Assembly: GCA_945862455.1 (NCBI GenBank)
Contig: CAMAXU010000002.1
Location: 257 to 64,256, forward strand
Source of the DNA: Rickettsia typhi
Lineage (GTDB): Bacteria; Pseudomonadota; Alphaproteobacteria; Rickettsiales; UBA1997
Length of the DNA: 64,000 nucleotides
Direction: 5' to 3'
Part shown: piece after piece, positions 49,227 through 59,421 of the stretch
Layout of the letters: each line of letters begins with the position of its first letter
Numbering within the stretch: the first letter of the stretch is position 1
Notes under the pieces: model-generated
Databases searched by the model: none
Seen by the model: only the letters and a program-made list of their open reading frames with translations
Told to the model about the DNA's origin: nothing
Made by a program: the position numbers and the translations under genes

Positions 49227-49871
49227 ATGTCTGTAGTTTTAAAAGCAGAAAAAAGAGAGCTGTTTGGCTCTTCTGCAACTAGAAAAATCAAAAGAGAAGG
49301 TCGCATTCCAGCGGTTATTTACGCTAAAGATGGCAACATCAATTTGAGCCTTAGTGGCGAAGAATTTGAGCATGAATATTTTAAAGGAATCACTTTAACC
49401 ACAGTTGTTGAGTTGGATCTTGATGGCAAAAAAATTAAAGTAATTGCTCATAAAGTTGAGCTTGATCCAGTTTCTGATCGTCCAGTTCACGTTGATTTCT
49501 TGAATTGCGATAATTCAAAAACAATTCGCGCTAAACCAAAATTGGTTTTTGTTAATCAAGATAAATCTCTTGGTTTAAAAAAAGGTGGCTTCTTGCACGT
49601 AGTTCTTCGTAGAACTGAAGTTATCTGCGAAAATGCGGCATCAGTTCCAGATAAAATCGAAATCGATGCTTCAACTTTGCACGTTGGTTACAAAGTTAGA
49701 GCAGCTAATTTAAAACTTCCGGCTGGCGTACAATTGGCTAAAAAAGACAATTTTTTGATCGCAAGTATTGTTGGTCGCGGTAAATCCGAAGAAGAAGCTC
49801 CAGCAGCAGGTGCAGCTCCAGCAGCAGGTGCGGCTAAAGCTGATGAGAAAAAACCAGCTGATAAAAAATAA
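49227..49871 (+). CDS. rplY: 50S ribosomal protein L25/Ctc
   Basis: ATG at 49227 preceded by AGGAG. R..G.IPAVIY, long Ctc form with Ala/Pro/Lys tail. Confidence 0.9.
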   Translation: MSVVLKAEKRELFGSSATRKIKREGRIPAVIYAKDGNINLSLSGEEFEHEYFKGITLTTVVELDLDGKKIKVIAHKVELDPVSDRPVHVDFLNCDNSKTIRAKPKLVFVNQDKSLGLKKGGFLHVVLRRTEVICENAASVPDKIEIDASTLHVGYKVRAANLKLPAGVQLAKKDNFLIASIVGRGKSEEEAPAAGAAPAAGAAKADEKKPADKK

Positions 49872-49900
49872 GATTGGTTTTCTTAATCATAATTAAAAAA

Positions 49901-49937
49901 GGGAAGTTCCTTAAAAAAATGGAGCTTCCCTTTTTTG
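49901..49937 (+). terminator. rho-independent terminator after rplY
   Basis: gggaagttcc / ggagcttccc stem followed by tttttt. Confidence 0.75.
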
Positions 49938-49972
49938 TATTCATGCTTGATTTGTGACAGAGCCAAAATCTA

Positions 49973-50022
49973 TACCAAAAAGACAAAGTTATAGCTATCA
50001 AGAGATAGTTAATTTGGTATAT
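49973..50022. repeat. PE-1 half element (left half of the 8212 copy, inverted)
   Basis: taccaaaaagacaaagttatagctatcaagagatagttaatttggtatat is the near-exact reverse complement of 8212..8262. It overlaps the SDR gene 3' end. Confidence 0.85.
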
Positions 50023-50792
50023 TCTGCCAAGCCTTTCTTCCTTGGTAATCTCGCAAAAATTGGATCGGTAATTTTTGTTGAAAGCAAAGTTGACAACCAA
50101 ACCACAAAATAAAGGGGGAATGGAAAAGCGATTCGTGATTGATTTTTCTCTAAACCATTTTTAATAATTTTTGCACATTTATGCGCTTCCATAATAAATG
50201 GCATTGGAAACTCATTTACATCTGTCATCGGAGTTTTGACATAACCTGGGCAAATTGCATTTACTTCAATTCCCATTTTCTCTAAATTTCCGCGCAATCC
50301 TTCGGCGTAAACTCTAACTGCCGATTTACTTGCGGAGTAGGCAGGAGAACTTGGCAAGCCACGAAATCCAGCTAAAGAAGACACAATTCCAATTTGACCT
50401 TTTCTGCGGTTTTTCATCTTTTCAATTGCCGGATGAATTATGTTTAAAACGCCATTTAAATTAGTGGTAAAAATTTTTTGAACTTGCGACGCTGCTTCAA
50501 GACCTTCTGAAGTTCCGGCTGAAATTCCGGCATTGGCAATTACCAAATCTAGCGCAAAATTCTCTTCGATTTTTTCAATCCAATTTTTTGTTGCTGCTTC
50601 ATCACAAACATCCAAAATCTCTAAATAAACATTTGCTTTTAGTTCGGCGCAGAGAGTTTTTGTGACTTGTAATTTTTCTAAATTGCGACCACATAAAAAT
50701 AAATTTACTCCGCTTTTTGAGTAAGCAATAGCAAGGGCGCGACCTATTCCGCTGCCGCCGCCTGTGATTAAAATATTTTTAGGATTTTTCAT
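49998..50792 (-). CDS. SDR-family oxidoreductase
   Basis: ITGGGSGIGRALA, NAG and YSASK catalytic motifs. The C-terminal EYTKLTIS-stop is encoded by the PE-1 arm. Confidence 0.88.
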   Translation of the reverse strand: MKNPKNILITGGGSGIGRALAIAYSKSGVNLFLCGRNLEKLQVTKTLCAELKANVYLEILDVCDEAATKNWIEKIEENFALDLVIANAGISAGTSEGLEAASQVQKIFTTNLNGVLNIIHPAIEKMKNRRKGQIGIVSSLAGFRGLPSSPAYSASKSAVRVYAEGLRGNLEKMGIEVNAICPGYVKTPMTDVNEFPMPFIMEAHKCAKIIKNGLEKNQSRIAFPFPLYFVVWLSTLLSTKITDPIFARLPRKKGLAEYTKLTIS

Positions 50793-50795
50793 AAA

Positions 50796-52362
<1,567 letters not shown>

Positions 52363-52415
52363 AATTAATCAAATTCGACTTTAGTCGAATTTGGCTTAAT
52401 TTTGAATTACTTACG
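52363..52415. repeat. PE-3 internal module copy
   Basis: aattaatcaaattcgactttagtcgaatttggcttaattttgaattacttacgcg matches 10352..10402. The hairpin aaattcgac/gtcgaattt may terminate mdh. Confidence 0.75.
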
Positions 52416-52493
52416 CGCACTAGTAAATCAGGGCAGCGTGAAGAATCCAATATTCCACTAAATTCAAAAAAGTTTTGAATTTAAACATCCCTT

Positions 52494-54095
52494 ATGGCTC
52501 ATATCGAAATAAAAAAATCTAGACTCGCTTTTATCTATCTCTGGATCATCGCAGCTTTTTGTGTTATTATAATTCGTATGGTTTTTATCGTTGTTTCCGG
52601 CGATAAAATAAAAATCAGTGGCATTTACGATCCAAGATTGGCAGGCAAACGGGCTAATATTTATGATCGCAATGATGTTTTGGTGGCAACAGATTTAAAA
52701 ACAAAATCACTTTATGTTAGCAGCGTTTTGGTGAAAGATCCGCAGGCAATTGCGCGGGGTTTGATTTCGGTTTTTTCTGATTTAACTTACAGCGAAGTTT
52801 TAAAAAAAATCTCGGACAATAAAAACAGCAAACAATGGATTTTAATTAGAAGAAATCTCAATCCAAACCAAGCTGATCAAGTGCAAAATTTGCAAATGGC
52901 GGGCTTGCTTTTCGAAGATGATCGCATTCGGGTTTATCCGCAAAAATCAATCGCCAGCCATTTTGTTGGTTATGTTGATTTAGATCGCAAAGGCTTGGCA
53001 GGAATGGAAATGCAATATGATCGTAAATTAATGAAAGGCGAAGATTTGCATTTATCGCTCGATGTTCGTGTACAAGATATTTTACATGATGAATTACAAA
53101 ATGGTATGGAAGAATATCGCGCCAAAGCCGCAGCTGGATTGGTTATGGATGTTAATAGTGGTGAAATTTTAGCTCTTTCTTCGCTTCCGGGGTTTGATCC
53201 AAATTTGCAAAATGAAGCCAGCGCCGATCAGCGTTTCAACCGCGTAACTAACGGTGTTTACGAGCTTGGATCGGTATTTAAAGTTTTAACCAATACCAAT
53301 GCTTTCGAAGATAATTTGGTAAAAATGACCGATGTTTATAATGTGCATGAGCCGATAAAATATGGTCGCTTCACGATTAAAGATGATCACGCTGTGAAAG
53401 ATGAAATGACGGTGGCGGAAGTTTTTGCTTATTCATCCAATATCGGAACGGTGAAAATCGCCGAAAAAATTGGCGCTGAAAACCAGAAAGATTTTTTAGA
53501 AAAAATGGGATTGCTCAAAAAAATTGATGTTGAATTTCCGGGAATGGGTCGTCCGATTTATCCAAAAACTTGGCGCGAAATTAACCTTTACACAATCTCT
53601 TACGGTCACGGCATTGCTATTACGCCGCTACATTTAGCATTAGCAGTTTCGGCAATTTCAAATGGCGGAACTTTATATAAACCATCATTTTTAAAATTAA
53701 CAAAACAGCCAAAAGGTAAAAACGTAATCAAGGAAGAAACTTCCGATATAATGCGTAAAATGCTGCGTAAAGTTGTGTTGGAAGGAACGGGGAAAAATGC
53801 TAATATTGAAGGTTATGAAGTTGGTGGCAAAACCGGTACAGCGAATCGCGCAGAATCTGGCGGTTACAACGAAAAATTGACCATGGCTTCATTCGTTGCG
53901 GTGTTTCCTATTTCGCAGCCGAAATATTTAGTTTATGTAATTTTTGATCGACCAAATTATACATTCAACACTGGCGGAATGGTTGCCGCACCAGTTGCGG
54001 GAAGAGTTGTAAAAAACATTGCGCCACTTTTAGGAATTCGTCCAAAATCAGTAAGTGCCGAAGATGCGGCTGCGACTGCGAGTCATAAACATTAA
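52494..54095 (+). CDS. ftsI: peptidoglycan D,D-transpeptidase FtsI (class B PBP)
   Basis: N-terminal TM anchor, with SVFK, SSN and KTGT active-site motifs. Confidence 0.92.
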   Translation: MAHIEIKKSRLAFIYLWIIAAFCVIIIRMVFIVVSGDKIKISGIYDPRLAGKRANIYDRNDVLVATDLKTKSLYVSSVLVKDPQAIARGLISVFSDLTYSEVLKKISDNKNSKQWILIRRNLNPNQADQVQNLQMAGLLFEDDRIRVYPQKSIASHFVGYVDLDRKGLAGMEMQYDRKLMKGEDLHLSLDVRVQDILHDELQNGMEEYRAKAAAGLVMDVNSGEILALSSLPGFDPNLQNEASADQRFNRVTNGVYELGSVFKVLTNTNAFEDNLVKMTDVYNVHEPIKYGRFTIKDDHAVKDEMTVAEVFAYSSNIGTVKIAEKIGAENQKDFLEKMGLLKKIDVEFPGMGRPIYPKTWREINLYTISYGHGIAITPLHLALAVSAISNGGTLYKPSFLKLTKQPKGKNVIKEETSDIMRKMLRKVVLEGTGKNANIEGYEVGGKTGTANRAESGGYNEKLTMASFVAVFPISQPKYLVYVIFDRPNYTFNTGGMVAAPVAGRVVKNIAPLLGIRPKSVSAEDAAATASHKH

Positions 54096-54096
54096 T

Positions 54097-54540
54097 TTAT
54101 ATCGCAGCGCGCGCTAAAATAATTCCGCAAGAAATCGCTACGTTTAACGATCTCATATTATTTTTCATCGGAATGAAAATTCTTTCATCAGCTTTTGCAA
54201 ACACATCATCTGGAACTCCGGCGCTTTCTCTTCCTAACATCAAAAAATCATTTTCTGCAAATTTAAATTTTCTGTAATCATTGCTTGCTTTGGTTGAAGC
54301 TAAAATCAAACGCTGTTTTTTTTCTGCAATTTCTGTTGCATAAAAATCTTCAAAAGAAGCGTGGCGAAAAATTTTGGCATAGTGAATGTAATCAAGGGCT
54401 GATTTCTTTACGCGTTGCATATCAAATGGAAAGCCGCATGGCTCAATTACATGCAACTCTGCATCAAAACAAACACAAGTGCGAATTATTGTTCCGACAT
54501 TACCGGCAATATCGGGTTGAAAAAGTGCAATTTTAATCAT
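54097..54540 (-). CDS. trmL: tRNA (cytidine/uridine-34 2'-O)-methyltransferase TrmL (SpoU family)
   Basis: IALFQPDIAGNVGTIIRTC, LGRESAGVP, IPM....RSLNVA. Confidence 0.88.
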   Translation of the reverse strand: MIKIALFQPDIAGNVGTIIRTCVCFDAELHVIEPCGFPFDMQRVKKSALDYIHYAKIFRHASFEDFYATEIAEKKQRLILASTKASNDYRKFKFAENDFLMLGRESAGVPDDVFAKADERIFIPMKNNMRSLNVAISCGIILARAAI

Positions 54541-54667
54541 AATATTTTTTTCAAAAATGAGATGGAGAATTTTTCTTTACAAAAATTTTTGTAAACCTCT
54601 TTATTTTTTAAATCCCGTTTTTATAAAAACATTTTAATCTGTAATTATTTCCAATCAAAGACTAGCA

Positions 54668-55003
54668 ATGACTGAAACTGTAAAAATTATTTTTATCACC
54701 AAAGGAGAAAAAAAAGAATTCATAGTTCCAGTTGGCACTACAGTTCTCGAAGCTGCTCACAATAATGATATTGAACTTGAAGGTGCTTGTGAAGGCTCTC
54801 TTGCCTGCTCAACTTGTCACGTGATTGTGGATAAAGATTTTTATAGCAAATTAGAAGAACCAACCGAAGACGAGGAAGACATGCTTGATTTAGCGTTTGG
54901 CTTAAGCCCGACTTCAAGATTAGGCTGCCAAATTATCATGACCAAAGAGTTGGATGGTCTAATTCTAGTGGTTCCTGATGAGACGCGTAATGTTTCAATT
55001 TAA
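54668..55003 (+). CDS. fdxB: 2Fe-2S ferredoxin, adrenodoxin type
   Basis: CEGSLACSTCHV ... SRLGCQI cysteine ligands. Confidence 0.92.
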   Translation: MTETVKIIFITKGEKKEFIVPVGTTVLEAAHNNDIELEGACEGSLACSTCHVIVDKDFYSKLEEPTEDEEDMLDLAFGLSPTSRLGCQIIMTKELDGLILVVPDETRNVSI

Positions 55004-55023
55004 AAACCTAAATTTATAAAGTT

Positions 55024-56526
55024 ATGAGCAAGAATATCGTAGTTAAATTAATAATTCTTTTAGTTGTTTCAGCGCTGGTTTATAGCGTATTCTGGTTCTT
55101 TAAAGTTGGTCAGGTTGAAAAGCAGGTGAAAAATTTCATCAGCAAAAATAGTGCTAACATTTCAGTTGGCGACATTTCAGTTTCTGGTTTTCCTCTTTCG
55201 CAGAAAATCACAATCCATGATCTCAAATTTACCATTCCAAGTCCATTGTTCAATAAGCGCCAAGTGATTGTAAAAATGCTTGAAGCCAAAACAGGAATTT
55301 TCTCTTCTGAATTTATAGTTACTTTGCCAGAGCCTGTTACAGTTGATTCTGAAGGCAATATTATGACTGTTGAATTTACTAAGGAACCTGAAATTAAAGC
55401 TTCAATTTCTGAAGGCAGAATTTATAAATTTTCTTATCATGATTTTGGTTATAAAATTTCTGACATCGATAAAAATGTTGTTTATGCAGCTACAAGTTCA
55501 GTTTTGAATCTTGAATCTACAGTTGCTGATGATGATAAAATTACTACCAAGGTTACTGCTGACATAAAAGAAATCGAAGGCTTTAATGTTCTTGATGTTT
55601 ATAAAAACGCTTTCGAGAAAAAAGTTACTGAAGGTATTAAAACTGGAGAAATTATTCTTGGAAATTCTGCTGTAGTTGCGCCAATTCCTTCTGCTGCTTC
55701 TGGCGATGTTGCTGTAGCTAATGGTGAGGCTACTGCTGCAACTACAACAACAGCTACAGCTGCTCCAGCCTCTGTTTCAACCGATCCCGCTGCAGCTAAT
55801 GTTCCAGCTCCTGCGACAGCTCCTCAAGCAAATGTTGTGACTCCTACTAATCTTAATCCTGCTGCTGCTCCAGCTGTAGCTGCGATTCCTGTTGCGCCAG
55901 ATGGAATGGCAGCCCCTGCTGCGCCAATTCTAACTCCAGCAGATATTGCTGCTGCAGCCATGGCAGCCGCTACCGCAAATATTCAAGTGAAAAGCAATTT
56001 GATGATTGATTTTGAATATATTATGTCTCCAAACCAAACTGAACAGCAAGCACAAATTCCAACTGATCCAACCCAAATTCAGGAAGCTCCAGTTCAATAT
56101 AGCAAAGTGATAAAAATCAATAACTTGGATTTTTCTAACTCACTTTACAAAATACTCATTAATGGCGAAATGAACACTCTCGCTGATGATAATATGCCAT
56201 CTGGTTCGGTGACAGTAAAAGTTGAAAAAATCGGTGCTTTGATTGCTCACATTTCAAGCGGATTTACGCAAATGGTTGAGCAGAAAAAACCAGCTTCGAC
56301 TGAAATTCAAACCAGCGATTTAACTGTTAGTGGTATGCCAACTCAAGATTCTTACCAAGATTTCTTAAAAAGAGTTGCAGCTAATATTGGCGCGGTTTCC
56401 AAAGAATTGGCGGCTAAAAATCCGGTAAGTAAAGACGACATTGCTGAATTTGATATCAGAAGAGAAAAAAATCTGGAATTTTTGGTTAATGAAACCTCGA
56501 TTCGTGAAATTCTTGGAAAATTCTAA
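55024..56526 (+). CDS. membrane-anchored hypothetical protein (DUF2125-like) with Ala/Pro/Thr low-complexity insert
   Basis: N-terminal TM ..LLVVSALVYSVFWFFKVGQVEKQV resembles the DUF2125 N-terminus. There is a central ~100-aa A/P/T-rich tract (DNA 55680..55980). The family call is weak. Confidence 0.5.
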   Translation: MSKNIVVKLIILLVVSALVYSVFWFFKVGQVEKQVKNFISKNSANISVGDISVSGFPLSQKITIHDLKFTIPSPLFNKRQVIVKMLEAKTGIFSSEFIVTLPEPVTVDSEGNIMTVEFTKEPEIKASISEGRIYKFSYHDFGYKISDIDKNVVYAATSSVLNLESTVADDDKITTKVTADIKEIEGFNVLDVYKNAFEKKVTEGIKTGEIILGNSAVVAPIPSAASGDVAVANGEATAATTTTATAAPASVSTDPAAANVPAPATAPQANVVTPTNLNPAAAPAVAAIPVAPDGMAAPAAPILTPADIAAAAMAAATANIQVKSNLMIDFEYIMSPNQTEQQAQIPTDPTQIQEAPVQYSKVIKINNLDFSNSLYKILINGEMNTLADDNMPSGSVTVKVEKIGALIAHISSGFTQMVEQKKPASTEIQTSDLTVSGMPTQDSYQDFLKRVAANIGAVSKELAAKNPVSKDDIAEFDIRREKNLEFLVNETSIREILGKF

Positions 56527-56529
56527 TTA

Positions 56530-57486
56530 ATGAAAATTTCCGACGCGTTATCGCAAAGCCGGAAAGATCTCGATATAAAGGGCGTGAGTAACAGTAAATT
56601 GGACTGTCTAATTTTACTGACTCACGCCCTTTCTTGTTCAAAGGAACATATAATTTTTAATCCGGATGCTGAATTAAATATTGAGCAGCAGGAATTTTTT
56701 TTCAAAATGGTTAAACGCCGCGCCGCGCGCGAACCAGTTTCGCATATTATCGGTAAAAGAGAATTTTTTGGTGAAGATTTTTTTGTAAGTTGCGATGTTT
56801 TAGATCCGCGTCCGGATTCGGAAAGTTTGATTGAGTTGGTTCTGGAAAATTTTCAACAAAAAAATAATTCGCTAAAAATTTTGGAACTTGGAGTTGGTTC
56901 AGGATGTTTGATTATAACTTTGCTTAAAGCTTACAAATCAGCGGTTGGAATTGGAGTTGATATTAGTAAAAAAGCACTAAAAATCGCTAGAGAAAATGCC
57001 GCAACTCATCAAGTTCAAGATCGTTTGCAATTGCTACAATCTGATCTTTTTTCAACTCTAAAGATCTCGAAACAAGTTCAGGATGACGATATTGGTAGTT
57101 TGCAGAATTCATCTCTCTTTGTGAATCATCCTGAATTTGATTCAGGATTTATCCAATCTCAAAGCGCAGAAAACCTTCTGAAATTTGATTTAATAATCTC
57201 AAATCCACCTTATATCGCATCGCAAGAAATTGAGACTTTAGAACCGGAAGTAAAAACCTACGAACCACGTCTAGCATTAGACGGCGGCGTTGATGGTTTT
57301 GATTTTTACAGAAAAATAGCCGCAGAATCCAAAAATTTCTTAAAAGAAAATGGTCGCGTAATTCTAGAAATTGGGATTAATCAACAAGAAAAAATAATTG
57401 AATTTTTTATTAAAAATGAATTTCAATTAATTGAGATGAAGTCTGATTTATCAGGCATTATCCGCTCTTTATGTTTTAAAATTTAA
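56530..57486 (+). CDS. prmC: release factor glutamine N5-methyltransferase PrmC, with ~37-aa in-frame insertion
   Basis: EPV.HIIGK.EF.G, LELGVGSGC, NPPYI. There is extra sequence between SDLFSTL and FDLIISNPPY. Confidence 0.9.
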   Translation: MKISDALSQSRKDLDIKGVSNSKLDCLILLTHALSCSKEHIIFNPDAELNIEQQEFFFKMVKRRAAREPVSHIIGKREFFGEDFFVSCDVLDPRPDSESLIELVLENFQQKNNSLKILELGVGSGCLIITLLKAYKSAVGIGVDISKKALKIARENAATHQVQDRLQLLQSDLFSTLKISKQVQDDDIGSLQNSSLFVNHPEFDSGFIQSQSAENLLKFDLIISNPPYIASQEIETLEPEVKTYEPRLALDGGVDGFDFYRKIAAESKNFLKENGRVILEIGINQQEKIIEFFIKNEFQLIEMKSDLSGIIRSLCFKI

Positions 57487-57488
57487 AT

Positions 57489-58325
57489 ATGTTTATCGCC
57501 AAAACCATTTCAGAAATTCGGGGTGAATTAAAAAAATCTGAAAGAAAAATCGCCTTCATTCCAACAATGGGAGCGTTGCATGAGGGTCATCTGGCTTTGG
57601 TGAAAAAAGGTCGTGAAATTGCTGAAAATGTGGTTGTAAGCATCTTCGTTAACAAAGCGCAGTTCGATGATCCAAGTGATTACGTAAAATATCCCAGACA
57701 AGTTGAAAAAGATTTAGAGCTTTTAAAAAAATCCGGCGCTACTCAAGTTTTTTTGCCAGAAAGTTCGGAAATTTTCAAAGATGATTTTGCTTTTAAATTA
57801 TTGCCAATAAAACTTGTTGATTGTCTTTGTGGAAGCTCGCGCCTTGGTCATTTTGACGGTGTGGCGTTGATTGTTACAAAACTTTTTAACATCATAAAAC
57901 CAGATATTGCGATTTTTGGCGAAAAAGATTTTCAACAAGTCGCGATCATTAAAAAATTGGTCGAAGATTTTAATTTTGATCTCGAAATTTTAGGTCATGA
58001 AATTATTCGCGAAGAAAATGGATTGGCGATGTCTTCGCGCAATCAGAGATTATCAGAAAGCTCTAAAATAAAGGCGACAGAGATTTTTTTGACTCTAAAT
58101 GAAATAAAAAATGAAGTTAAAAAATCACCGAATCAAATTGAAAAAATACTGCAAAAAAAACAGGAAGAACTTTTAAATAAAGGTTTTAAAAAAATTGATT
58201 ATCTGGAAATTCGCGAAGAACAAAATCTAAATTTGGTTACAAATCTTGATAATCAAAAACCGTCTAGGATATTTATTGCAGTTTACCTTGACGAAGTTAG
58301 GTTAATTGACAACATGCGGCTCTAA
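57489..58325 (+). CDS. panC: pantoate--beta-alanine ligase
   Basis: IAFIPTMGALHEGHLAL, FGEKDFQQ, GLAMSSRN. Confidence 0.95.
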   Translation: MFIAKTISEIRGELKKSERKIAFIPTMGALHEGHLALVKKGREIAENVVVSIFVNKAQFDDPSDYVKYPRQVEKDLELLKKSGATQVFLPESSEIFKDDFAFKLLPIKLVDCLCGSSRLGHFDGVALIVTKLFNIIKPDIAIFGEKDFQQVAIIKKLVEDFNFDLEILGHEIIREENGLAMSSRNQRLSESSKIKATEIFLTLNEIKNEVKKSPNQIEKILQKKQEELLNKGFKKIDYLEIREEQNLNLVTNLDNQKPSRIFIAVYLDEVRLIDNMRL

Positions 58326-58372
58326 GCGTCAAGCCTCCAAAAAATATTTTCTAAACATAAATAATTCAAACA

Positions 58373-59416
58373 ATGATTTATATCATCATCAGTAATGTCG
58401 GAATGGCCCTCATGATGATTATCATTTATTTGCGCTATTCTCGTTTTCGCCTTAAAACATCTGCAGAAATTAATAGTTTGCGCCAAAAACTTGATAAGGA
58501 AGTTGATGAAAGGCGTGATGTTGAAAATCGATTACTAACAGAGAAAAAAACCGATAGCGATAAAATCGAAAAACTATTGCAGGAAGTAACCGATTTAAGA
58601 AAAGAAAAAGAAGGCGAAATAAGGCTGCGCATCGAGGCAGAAAAGCAAATTGAGTTTGCATTGCACAAAACTGATGAAGTGCAAAAACGCATGAAGGATT
58701 GGAGCGTGGTGCAAGATGCGGTGATGAGAGATTGTAAAGATTCAATCGTAAAAATTGGTAATGATCTTTATAGAAAGCTTCATGACAGCTATAAAAGCGA
58801 GGTTGAAACTAACAAAAATTTGTTAGGTCGCGTTTCTAAAAATATCACCGATTTTTTTGAAAAAATTTCAGTAGCACAAAAAACCGAAAGTCACGTTAAG
58901 CCAGCTATAGCAAGCCCCGCTAAGACAGAAAATAATGACACAAGCACAAATATTGTAATTAAGAAAATGATTGCAGATTTGTCGGCAACCATGAAAGCAA
59001 ATGGTTTGTTAGTTAATAAAGACTATTTTTTGCCGGCAAATTTTGATGCTCAAAAAGCCAAAATGTTTCTTTGTGAAGTTGCTTTTATTACGATTGAAGA
59101 GCTTTATATGTTTGATTTTAAGGTTTGCGCTTATTTTGAGGAATATCACGCAAACAAAGATAAAAATGCTGCCTTTGAACTATTAAAACAAAGACTCGAT
59201 AAATATATTTCTTACATCGGAAATGCCCGTTATCGAGATTCAATTCTAAAAGTAATGGCGACAACTAAAGCCAAGTTTGAAAAAAACATAATAGTTGTCG
59301 CAGTGTCTTCCAAGGCTGATCTACAACTTCTTAAAGAAATCGGTTATTACGATAAATTGCATAAAGTCACGCCGCAAATTATGGATTTCGATGGGGTTAA
59401 TAACCTAGTTTTATAA
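58373..59416 (+). CDS. membrane-anchored coiled-coil protein, divergent RmuC-like
   Basis: The layout (TM helix, long coiled coil, C-terminal domain) resembles RmuC, and MFDFKVCAYFEEY resembles RmuC IDAK..L.AYERY. The GNWGE block is not seen. Confidence 0.4.
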   Translation: MIYIIISNVGMALMMIIIYLRYSRFRLKTSAEINSLRQKLDKEVDERRDVENRLLTEKKTDSDKIEKLLQEVTDLRKEKEGEIRLRIEAEKQIEFALHKTDEVQKRMKDWSVVQDAVMRDCKDSIVKIGNDLYRKLHDSYKSEVETNKNLLGRVSKNITDFFEKISVAQKTESHVKPAIASPAKTENNDTSTNIVIKKMIADLSATMKANGLLVNKDYFLPANFDAQKAKMFLCEVAFITIEELYMFDFKVCAYFEEYHANKDKNAAFELLKQRLDKYISYIGNARYRDSILKVMATTKAKFEKNIIVVAVSSKADLQLLKEIGYYDKLHKVTPQIMDFDGVNNLVL

Positions 59417-59421
59417 TCAAA

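Noticed and set aside
49034-49306. 90-aa minus-strand ORF spanning the bcp-rplY gap
   Set aside because: It overlaps the ends of two well-supported plus-strand genes and has no motifs.
49834-50100. 88-aa minus-strand ORF overlapping the rplY end and SDR end
   Set aside because: It covers a terminator and a repeat and overlaps the SDR gene in another frame.
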